Positions 1-9,583 of a stretch of 64,000 nucleotides of DNA are shown here, piece after piece. The translations under genes and the position numbers were made by a program. The stretch's first letter is position 1. The number at the start of each line of letters is the position of its first letter. Origin of the DNA: Calditrichia bacterium (GTDB taxonomy: Bacteria; Calditrichota; Calditrichia; JAJRVZ01); NCBI GenBank assembly GCA_963796965.1, contig CAWCNS010000005.1, positions 448,001-512,000 of the forward strand. The letters are read 5' to 3'. The notes under the pieces were generated by a model. That model saw only the letters and a program-made list of their open reading frames with translations, did no database searches and had not been told where the DNA came from.

Positions 1-540
1 AGACACTAAATCGGACATTCCATTAAAAGTCAGTGCGTAACATTTTCTACCATCATATTCAACCACAACTACCTTATCTTCAACCGTCACACCTGATGTT
101 TTAAGTTCCATGGGCAAACCAAAATGACAGGTGTGATGCACTTTAAAACCGGAAGTATTCTCTTCGGTAAGACCATACTTTTTCGCTAATTCTTCTGAAG
201 GATCAGTATCTTCGTTAATTGCATAGAAGTACTTTCCATTTTTGAATCCCTTGATTGCTTTTAAATCACCATCTATTCTTGTGCATTTGTAGTAATTCTC
301 TGGTTTATTAATTTCTATCACTTCTTCAACCACTCTGTTTTTACCGATGACAGTAACCATATGCATTATCCCCTTGTATGAATCCCACTTACCATGAGGA
401 TCATGATATGCTATTGTTTTTTCCCAAAGTTCTTCACCCTTTATATCAGTTTCTTCTGGTTGCATTTTTTGAGCATTCGAAAGAGAAGTCATTGTTAAAA
501 CAAGAGATATTGTGACAACTAACCGAAATAAGTTTTTCAT
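1..540 (-). CDS. Exported hypothetical protein, DUF6503-like (3' end runs off the window)
   Basis: Hand translation from ATG at 540: MKNLFRLVVTISLVLTMTSLSNAQ (signal peptide)...EKTIAYHDPHGKW...FGLPMELK, open to position 1; AAGGAAGG RBS upstream. Not in ORF track because no stop is in the window. Confidence 0.7.
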   Translation of the reverse strand, partial: MKNLFRLVVTISLVLTMTSLSNAQKMQPEETDIKGEELWEKTIAYHDPHGKWDSYKGIMHMVTVIGKNRVVEEVIEINKPENYYKCTRIDGDLKAIKGFKNGKYFYAINEDTDPSEELAKKYGLTEENTSGFKVHHTCHFGLPMELKTSGVTVEDKVVVVEYDGRKCYALTFNGMSDLVS

Positions 541-905
541 GGTTCTATCCTTCCTTTAAATATGATATGATAGACTTATAGTATAATAGAAACTTAGAAC
601 TAAGAAATTCTCTCAATAAAAATGGTAGGGAAATCTATCGTCTTCTGGATGAGGTCAATGATAAGTATGAAAAGTAGTTTCGTGTGAGTATTATAGTTTA
701 CTGAATGATCGAAGAATATGCTATAAAAATATTGAATTAATCCAAGCAGATTCCCGAGTTGTGTGAGGTTAGAGGGTGTTGGTGAAGGTCTTTTATGTGA
801 GTGCATTGGGACAGTATTGGATCGTGGCTATTGGAAGAGGGTCGCCCTCATTCTCACTAAACTTCAGGAGAGTGAAGTCAGTGACATTCCCACTACCAAG
901 ATACT

Positions 906-3289
906 TCAAATGTCTATATCACCATACTTCTTTAAATTCTCTTCATATATTTCTTTATGTTTTGCCAGTATTTCTTGGAAACGAGGATCACTACGAACAA
1001 GGTGGTAGTCAGGGTCTTTTTTTAATGAGTGATAAATAGACAATGCCTCAAAATAATTCTCATATTTTATAAAATTATTAAAAAACTCATCTTTCATACC
1101 TAACCAAGCATATAGATTGGCAATGAATGTTCCATTATAAGTTTCGAGTGCTTTTTCTTTTTCTCCATCTATTGCGTATAAAATTGCTCTCGGTAAATTA
1201 ACCCATTCGAAATCAGGATTATATTTTTCATTGTGCTTACATATTTTATCAGCCTCATCATATTTCTCCAAGCGAATTAGAAAATATGTGTACATTAATA
1301 ATAATGGTGCATAATTCTCATCAATTGCCATTGCCTTTTTAAAGTCTTTCTCTGCATTCGTATATTTTCCCATATAAGAATAGCAACGAGCACGCTGTAC
1401 ATACCACCATTTATTCAATGGATCAGCCTCAATTGCCAGACTAAAATATTTTATAGCCTAAATTTATCAGACCTCTATCCATATAAAATTGAGATAAATT
1501 TTCAATTGAACTTGAAGAATTAGGATTTAACTGGATGGCTGTTTTCCTGCACTCAAATTCTTCTTCAAGTTCCCTCTTCGCTCTATGTACAAAACCTTTA
1601 GCATCCTGTACTTCAGAATAATTCGGATCGATTTCCAGTGCTTTTTTTAAAAATTTCTCTTGTAATTTTAAATACTCATCCTTTTCTTCATCTGTTTCTG
1701 CATATATATTATAATAGCTATTATAGAGGTCAGTCAAATTCGCATAATAAGGAGCATAGTCCGGATCAAGTTCTATTGCCTTTAAATACAACTGTTCTGA
1801 GGTTTCAAAATCTTGCTGATCACCGCCTACTTCGATCATTTTTTTATAATGATAGAAATTTGCCTGCATAAAGTAATTATACGCTTCTATGTTAGTCGGT
1901 CTTTTAGACAATATCTCTGCTCTTTCTTCTAAGGATAACTTCCGTAATAGTTCTTCAGCAATCTTCTCTGAGATATCATCATAGATAGTAAATATGCTGT
2001 CTATTTCAAAACCATAATCATAATTGTCTGCCCACAAATGAGACCCATCTTTACTTTGCACCAATTGTGCTGTCACCCGTATTCGATCACCAAACCGACT
2101 AACACTCCCCTCCAAGATATTTGCTACGTTCAACTCTTTACCAATTTCCGGAATCTTCTTCTTAGTATCCTTATATGAAATGACAGATGTGCGGGCAATT
2201 ACTTTTAACACTTTCAATTTTGATAGATTGGTAATTATTTGCTCTGTAATTCCATCACAGAGATATTCCTGATCATTATCAGGACTAGATCGTCAAAGGG
2301 TAGAACAGCGATAGAGTTTTCCCACTCTGTTGGACTGGTTTTGTCTGCTGGTATTAGTAAATAACCTACAATGATCAGTATTAATATTAAAAAAGTGGAA
2401 GACTAAAACAAGAATTGATTTCGAAGGTTTTTTTATGGTTACGATTTTCCTGGCTGCAATTTCTGATTCTGAATCTTTCTTTTAACTAGTTCAATTCAGA
2501 TAACAGATCATCCACATGCTGATAGCGGTCTGCCGGGTCTTTTGATATACATCTGTTAACAATTCTTTCTAAATCCATTGGTATACCAGTTCTCAATCCT
2601 GTAATTGGCTCAGGTTGCTCATTAGTAATGCCATACATAACCGCCTGATCATAATCACCTTTGAACGGCAATTTCTCCGGTCAACCATCTCATAGAGGAT
2701 GACACCTAATGACCAAATATCTGATCTTGATCAACTGTCTTCTCCTTTTGCTTGTTCCGGTGACATATAGGATACTGTTCCTAAAGTAGTGACTTCTTTG
2801 TGAGTTTTGTTTGAGTTGAGAGTTTGGCTAAACCAAAATCAAGTATCTTCACAACACCGTCAGAAGTAAGCATTATATTTGCAGGTTTTATATCCCGATG
2901 AACAATATCTTTCTCATGTGCTTTAGCAAGACCCTGTGCGATTTGGATACTGATGTCGATGGCATCATCAATCGGTAATGGTTTATCTTTAATCTTTTTG
3001 TCTAATGTTTCGCCTTCATAACAAGCCATTGAAATGAACAGTTGACCATCCTCAGTCTCATCAATTTCATAGATATTGCAAATATTATTATGATCTAAAG
3101 TGCCGAGGCAGCTTTTGCTTCATGGATAAATCGTTGTTTTTCATCTTCGCTGGTGGTGAGGTGTGGTGGCAGGAATTTGAGGGCGACGGTACGATCAAGC
3201 CTCAGGTCTTGGGCTTTATAAACAATGCCCATCCCGCCTTCGCCAAGTTTCTCGATGATTTTGTAGTGAGATATAGTCTTGCCAATCAT
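906..3289 (-). pseudogene. Ser/Thr protein kinase-TM-TolB-N-like-TPR receptor, copy 4 (about 7 frameshifts; pseudogene or sequence error)
   Basis: Fragments 3095-3289, 2781-3029, 2486-2671, 1441-2217 and 906-1418 are collinear with the intact paralogs: [21 protein letters not shown], TPRs, C-terminal DPRFQEILAKHKEIYEENLKKYGDIDI. Confidence 0.85.
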
Positions 3290-3298
3290 GATTTTTGT

Positions 3299-3327
3299 CC
3301 ACGAATTACACGAATTATCACGAATTT
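3299..3327 (+). repeat. Short tandem repeat (CACGAATTA)x3
   Basis: ccacgaattacacgaattatcacgaattt; a related cacgaa triplet occurs near 33955-33983. Confidence 0.7.
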
Positions 3328-3411
3328 CTTAATACTTTTATTTTCGATTTTTTATCTCAAGACGAAAATAATATCCAATACCAGACCGTTCATTCTCGTT
3401 CTCATTCCAAA

Positions 3412-5794
3412 TCATATATCAATATCCCCATACTTCTCCAAATTCTCTTCATAGATTTCTTTATGTTTTGCCAGTATTTCTTGGAAGCGGGGATCGGAGC
3501 GTAGGTTGTCATAAAAGGTAAAGTTATTGAGGAATAAATATTTACTACTATTATTTATTTTATGTTGTTCTAGTTGATCCTGCAAAAGGCTAATTGCCTC
3601 ATCCTTCATACCTAATATTGAATAGAACCACTCTGCGGGGACATCAAACCCAGATTTAAAAGTATTGAGAGCATTCTCCTTTTGTCCTTTCACTGCATAC
3701 AAAAGTGCATACTCATCGTCCATAGTTTCGTCTGGATGATTTGTTTCCATTTGTTTTAGAACTATTTCTGCTTCATCATATCTTTTCGTCGTGAGTAACA
3801 AGACATAATAACCAAATTGAGTTCCATAATCATTTGGATCAATCTCGTATGCTTTTAGTAAATCCCTCTCGGCTTTATCATACTCCCTTAAACCGAGATG
3901 CCAATATCCTCTATCTCTATAACAAGCCTGATGTAAAGGATTTATTTCAATTGCTTTACCTAAGCATTTAATTGCTAAATTGGTACATCCACGACGAATT
4001 AAAATCATTCCGATCTCAATATAATATCGATCACTATTCGGATTGATTTTTATCGCTGTTTTCAAACTATTAAAAGCCTTTTCATATTCATTTTTAGAAT
4101 GATGTATGCAGCCTTTTGCATAATTGACCTCTGCTGAATTTGGATCAAGTTGATAGGCGGTGTCGATATATGCTTCCTGCAATTGCATATATTCACTCTT
4201 TTCACTTGACGTATCAGGAAGAATCCTGTAATAGGTGTTATACAAATCAGCCAAACTGGCATAGGAATCTGAAAATTTTGGGTCGAGTTTTATTGCTTGC
4301 TTAAACATTTTTTCTGATGCTAAAAAATCTTCTATTATATTACTGGAAAAGAATTTATTATAATGAAAATACCTGCCTTTCATGTAGTATTCATATGCTT
4401 CAGTACTACTCGGTCTGTTTGTTTTAATGGTTTGCTTTTCTTCGGAGATAAGGTCTTCAATAATGCAGATGCTATTTTCTCAGAGATATCATCCTGTATG
4501 TCAAAGATATCTTCCAAGTTTCGTTCATAATCATCCGCCCACAGGTGAGCGTGGCTTGATGTACTAATCAATTGTGCTGTTACACGGATACGATCACCTG
4601 CTTTAAATATACTTCCCTCAAGCACATTTTGTACTTGTAACTCCTGCCCTATTTCAGGAATTGTTTTTTCCGTGTTTATATACTGCATGACAGAAGTCCG
4701 TGGAATAACCTTGATAACTCTTAATCTACTAAGACTTGTCAGTATTTTATCAGTCATACCAACACAAAAATACTCCTGATCTTTATCTGGGCTTAAATCT
4801 GTAAATGGAAGCACAGCTATCGAGTTTTCCCATCCTGATGCACTCTTATCGCCCGATGGTATCAAATGAAATATCCAGCAACGATTAGTATTACAATTGA
4901 TACAATGGCTGTTGGTATGAGAATAGGTTTAAATCGCTTCCTTGGTAATTTTTCTTTGATTGGAATGCTAGTAGATTCAGATTGTCTTTTTATACACTGT
5001 AAATCCACAATTAATTCATCCACATGTTGATAACGGTTTCCGGGACTTTTTTGCAAGCACTTATTAATGATCCGTTCCAACTCCATCGGCACACCCGTTC
5101 GTAATCCTGTGACCGGCTCTTGCGTATCATTCATGATTGAATAAATAACAGCGGATTCGTATTCACCTTTAAATGGCAGCTGTCCAGTCAACATCTCATA
5201 AATAATAATGCCCAACGACCAAATATCTGTTCTGTAATCAACCTCTTCGCCTTTAGCCTGTTCAGGCGACATATAGGATACAGTACCTAAAGTAGTTGAT
5301 TCTTTAGTGAGCTTAGTTTGTGTTGAAAGCTTCGCTAATCCAAAATCAAGAACCTTGACGACACCTTCCCTCGTCAGCATTATATTAGCTGGCTTAATAT
5401 CCCGATGAACAATCTCTTTCTCATGCGCCTTAGTAAGACCCTGAGCTATTTGGATAGTGATGTCGATGGCTTCTTCTATAGGTAAGGGCTTCTTCTTTAA
5501 TCCGATCGTCTAAAGTTTCGCCTTCGTAATAGTCCATGCAAATAAAAATCTGACCGTCTTCTGTTTCATCTATTTCATGAATGGTGCATATGTTATTATG
5601 TTGAAGGGCAGAAGCGCTTTAGCTTCATGAATAAAGCGTTGTTTTTCATCTTCGTTGGTGGTCAGATGTGGTGGTAGGAATTTGAGGGCTACAAAACGAT
5701 CGAGTTTAAGGTCTTGGGCTTTGTAGATCACACCCATCCCGCCTTCGCCGAGTTTCTCGATGATTTTGTAGTGGCTAATTGTTTTGCCGATCAT
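3412..5794 (-). pseudogene. Ser/Thr protein kinase-TM-TolB-N-like-TPR receptor, copy 3 (about 4 frameshifts; pseudogene or sequence error)
   Basis: Fragments 5570-5794, 4862-5380, 4380-4865 and 3412-4383 reconstruct a protein of about 790 aa with kinase motifs, a TM helix, SIAVLPF, TPRs and the shared C-terminal tail. Confidence 0.85.
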
Positions 5795-5797
5795 ATT

Positions 5798-5933
5798 CTG
5801 TGCCTAAAGTTTTTGAAAGAATCAATAGTATAAAATCAGTCTGAACGGACGATATTCAATAGAGATAGGAAGGATATATAGGAAACTAACTAAGATCGAC
5901 AAAAAGGGCAAGAAGAAAATTGAGAATGCTGTG
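5798..5933 (-). promoter_or_regulatory. Duplicated 136-bp upstream leader/promoter of kinase copy 3
   Basis: 9 mismatches by eye versus 11959-12094, with a 56-bp identical core containing TTGTCG-N16-TATATA on the minus strand. Confidence 0.7.
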
Positions 5934-6031
5934 GTGGAGAGATTAAATTGTGGTTTGTGTAAGTGCTTTATCTTCATCTCCCCCTCATAAAAAAAGATTC
6001 AGCCGAGGGCTTAATTGATTGTTATTTCAGA

Positions 6032-6736
6032 TTATTCAAAGTGTTTTAGATAAACGCTCTTTGGTATCATAATAATAATCTTTTTATCTTTTTGGTCGGG
6101 CAGCTTTATTTGATTTCTGAGAAGTTTGACTTCCTTATCTTTATAAGTGAATACTATATATTTCCCTTCTTCTATAAACCCTGTCTCCAGCTCAATACGT
6201 ACATACGATTTAACCTGTCTAAATTTCGAATTTTCAAGAATAGGCATCTCATCAGTTTGCAAAATATACTTACTAGTGGATTGATTCGCGACTGCTGCTC
6301 CTGTCACCAATCCAACAATGCTGCTCACGATAGCAATAGTAGCACCTGTTTCCAAATCTTCGGAGACAGTAGCACCAATAAAAAATCCAGCTAAAAAGCT
6401 TGAAGCACCACCCACAATACCCCAGAATAAAGCATATCCCGGATTTTGTACTTTGACAGTAATTTCGTTAATTGATGTTGTTTCCATTTTTTCAATAGAA
6501 TCTTCGGTAAATCCATATATCAAATCCTTCGATATAGTGGAGATAGTAACTTTCTTTTTATGACCATCTACGAATTCAAGTGTTGCTTCTTTCCCGGCAA
6601 TCTGAAAGTCCAAATCCTTGTACGCTTCATGACTATTTGGTATGAGTATAGTAGTTGAACAGGAAGCTAATAAGCCTGAACAGGCAAGTAAGGTCAATAT
6701 ATTTTTTATAAATTTCTCCATTAATCCCCCATTCAT
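6032..6736 (-). CDS. Hypothetical lipoprotein with glycine-rich hydrophobic hairpin
   Basis: 234-aa ORF; lipobox-like LLASC after a hydrophobic stretch; two Gly-rich hydrophobic segments; true start may be the second Met (MEKF). Confidence 0.65.
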   Translation of the reverse strand: MNGGLMEKFIKNILTLLACSGLLASCSTTILIPNSHEAYKDLDFQIAGKEATLEFVDGHKKKVTISTISKDLIYGFTEDSIEKMETTSINEITVKVQNPGYALFWGIVGGASSFLAGFFIGATVSEDLETGATIAIVSSIVGLVTGAAVANQSTSKYILQTDEMPILENSKFRQVKSYVRIELETGFIEEGKYIVFTYKDKEVKLLRNQIKLPDQKDKKIIIMIPKSVYLKHFE

Positions 6737-7012
6737 AGCAAATCACTATTTTGAAGACAAAAATGTGGCGTTGCCACAGGATTTGTAATTTAGGTACTGC
6801 TCGAAGGATATTGCGAATCACAATCTGTTGAGTTTGCCAATAGAATGATAATTACGTATGAATACAGTCATCCAATTCCTGATAAGATTATAAATTGATA
6901 TAATATAATTAACGACTTTCTGGTGGGTATTATTCTTTAGAGATTAAAAGAATGATTAACGGTGTGTTTTAATATTGCTGGAGAGTGGCACTAGCAAACA
7001 TCTTAATTCTTG

Positions 7013-7063
7013 AATATCCCCATACTTTCTGAGGTCTTCTTCATACAATTCTTTATGTTTTGC
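7013..7063 (-). pseudogene. Orphan C-terminal remnant of a further kinase-TPR paralog
   Basis: Minus strand reads AKHKELYEEDLRKYGDI, matching the array tail AKHKELYEENLKKYGDI; no homologous sequence upstream. Confidence 0.75.
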
Positions 7064-7210
7064 CCATATATCTGTACTAAAAGTTACGGCTAATTGAACC
7101 CAACTAAAAGACCTAATTCATATTTGAGAAACCTTAAAATTCAATAATCCCCGAAAGCGGTTATCGGACATTCCGTTTGTTGGTTTAAAAGGTGGGAGTT
7201 AAATGATAGA

Positions 7211-9583
7211 CTAATTTAATAATCCTTCAATATCACCGTATTTCTCCAAGTTGTGTTCATACAATTCTTTTTCTCTATTTAGCATAGTCTGGAATTCGGG
7301 AGTACTGCGTATATTATTATAAAATGGGGAATTTTTAAAAAAATCATATACGCTCGTTTTCCTGCTATCATCCATTTCTTCAGGATTAGTCATTATGGCA
7401 ATTGCCTCTTTCGTCATTCCCAATAGTGAGAATAGTATTAGATTACCTTCTTTATATGTGTTGAGAGCTTTTTCTTTCTCTCCCATCCCTGCATATAAAA
7501 GCGCACGTAAACGAATTTTTTCATCGGATAAAGTTAATTTGTTTAACTGTTTCTCTGCCTCAGTATATTTCTTTTTAAATAATAAGATATATAAATAAAG
7601 ATTGGGTAAGAATGGAAAATTTGGTGCAATCTCTTTTACTTTGTGATAATCTACTTCTGCTCTCTTCATTTGTCCTAAGTTAATGTGCGCAAATGACCTC
7701 GAGTAATAATATTTTGGGTATATTGGATTCAATCTAATTGCTCTGTCATAGCATTTAATAGATAATTTTGTAAGTCCTAAATCTCTAAAAAAATAGCCTA
7801 AAGCACTATACGATAAATCATTATTCACGTTGAATGCTAATGCTCTCTTTGCACTGATGAATGCCTCATCAATTTCACCTTTAGCCCAATGGATAAATGA
7901 TTTTGCATTCATGACTTCAGAAGATTTTGGATTCAATGTGATAGCCGTATCCAAATATGCTTCCTGCATTTTTAATAGTTTATCCCTTTCATGTACTGTA
8001 TGTATTGTGTCGGACGGTAAATTGTACAATGTATTGTACAGATCGGCTAAACTCGCATATGAGTCAGAAAAATTTGGATCAAGTTTTATCGCTGTTTTTA
8101 GCATACGTTCTGCAGTATTAATATATTCTTTATTAAATGTTGCCATATATTTGTTGTAGTGAAAATGCCTACCCTTCATATAATATTCATTTGCCTCAAT
8201 ACTACTCGGTCTATTGGTCTTAATGATTTTCTTTTCTTGTGGAGATAAGGTCGCTAATAATTTAATCCCAATCGCTTCCAATATTTCACCTTGAATATCA
8301 AGTATTGCTTTGTACTCTCCATGATAGTCTTCTGACCAAACCTGCACCTCATTCTCAGTTTTAATCAAATTAAGAGTTATTTTTATCTGTTTATCGAATT
8401 TTTGAATGCTACCTACAAGAACATTAATGACATCTAACTCGCTTCCAATTTCATATATTGTTTTATCTGTATTATTATACTTCTTCATTGATTGGTATGG
8501 AATAACTTTTATCCTTGACAGTCTCCCTATATTTGAAATTATTTGATCCGTCATCCCATTACTGAGCCATTCTTGGTCTCTATCAGGGCTTAAATCAGTA
8601 AATGGTAGAACCGCAATAGAGTTTTCCCATTCCAATCCACTTTTCTCATTAAGTGGTATTACAAAGTAACCTGTTATGATTAAGATGGCAATTGATAGTA
8701 TAGCTACTGGTAGCAGGACTGATTTAGATCGTTTCCTTTGTTTTATTTCTTTTGTTTGAATGCCATTGGATTCATTCTTCAGTCCTTTTAAATCCACAAT
8801 CAATTCATCTATATGCTGATATCGATCTGCCGGGCTCTTCTGAAGACATTTGTTTATTATTCGTTCTAACTCCATCGGCACACCCGTGCGTAATCCTGTG
8901 ACCGGCTCTTGCGTATCATTCATGATTGAATAAATAACAGCAGATTCGTATTCACCCTTAAATGGCAGCTGACCAGTCAACATCTCATAAATAATAATGC
9001 CCAACGACCAAATATCTGTTCTGTAATCTACCTCTTCGCCCTTAGCCTGTTCAGGGGACATATAGGATACAGTACCTAAAGTAGTTGATTCTTTAGTGAG
9101 TTTAGTTTGTGTTGAAAGCTTAGCTAATCCAAAATCAAGAACCTTGACCACACCTTCCTTCGTCAGCATTATGTTTGCTGGTTTAATATCGCGATGAACA
9201 ATCTCTTTTTCGTGAGCCTTAACAAGACCTTGTGCGATTTGGATGGTGATGTCGATGGCTTCTTCTATAGGTAAGGGCTTCTTTTGAATCCGATCGTCTA
9301 AAGTTTCGCCTTCGTAATAGTCCATGCAAATAAAAATCTGACCGTCTTCTGTTTCATCTATCTCATGAATGGCGCATATGTTATTATGTTGAAGGGCAGA
9401 AGCCGTTTTAGCTTCATGAATAAAGCGTTGTTTTTCATCATCGTTGGTGGTCAGATGTGGTGGTAGGAATTTGAGGGCTACAAAACGATCGAGATTCAGG
9501 TCTTGGGCTTTGTAGACGATGCCCATTCCGCCTTGTCCGAGTTTCTCTGTAATTTTGTAATGAGATATGGTTTTACCAATCAT
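7211..9583 (-). CDS. Ser/Thr protein kinase-TM-TolB-N-like-TPR receptor, copy 2
   Basis: 790 aa; Hanks motifs [32 protein letters not shown]; one TM helix; SIAVLPF domain; TPRs. Confidence 0.92.
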   Translation of the reverse strand: MIGKTISHYKITEKLGQGGMGIVYKAQDLNLDRFVALKFLPPHLTTNDDEKQRFIHEAKTASALQHNNICAIHEIDETEDGQIFICMDYYEGETLDDRIQKKPLPIEEAIDITIQIAQGLVKAHEKEIVHRDIKPANIMLTKEGVVKVLDFGLAKLSTQTKLTKESTTLGTVSYMSPEQAKGEEVDYRTDIWSLGIIIYEMLTGQLPFKGEYESAVIYSIMNDTQEPVTGLRTGVPMELERIINKCLQKSPADRYQHIDELIVDLKGLKNESNGIQTKEIKQRKRSKSVLLPVAILSIAILIITGYFVIPLNEKSGLEWENSIAVLPFTDLSPDRDQEWLSNGMTDQIISNIGRLSRIKVIPYQSMKKYNNTDKTIYEIGSELDVINVLVGSIQKFDKQIKITLNLIKTENEVQVWSEDYHGEYKAILDIQGEILEAIGIKLLATLSPQEKKIIKTNRPSSIEANEYYMKGRHFHYNKYMATFNKEYINTAERMLKTAIKLDPNFSDSYASLADLYNTLYNLPSDTIHTVHERDKLLKMQEAYLDTAITLNPKSSEVMNAKSFIHWAKGEIDEAFISAKRALAFNVNNDLSYSALGYFFRDLGLTKLSIKCYDRAIRLNPIYPKYYYSRSFAHINLGQMKRAEVDYHKVKEIAPNFPFLPNLYLYILLFKKKYTEAEKQLNKLTLSDEKIRLRALLYAGMGEKEKALNTYKEGNLILFSLLGMTKEAIAIMTNPEEMDDSRKTSVYDFFKNSPFYNNIRSTPEFQTMLNREKELYEHNLEKYGDIEGLLN

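Noticed and set aside
600..905. Short overlapping ORFs or a riboswitch before the DUF6503-like gene
   Set aside because: No recognisable motif, RBS or known RNA consensus.
3295..3504. ORF MSTNYTNYHE
   Set aside because: Derives from the CACGAATTA repeat and runs antisense into kinase copy 3.
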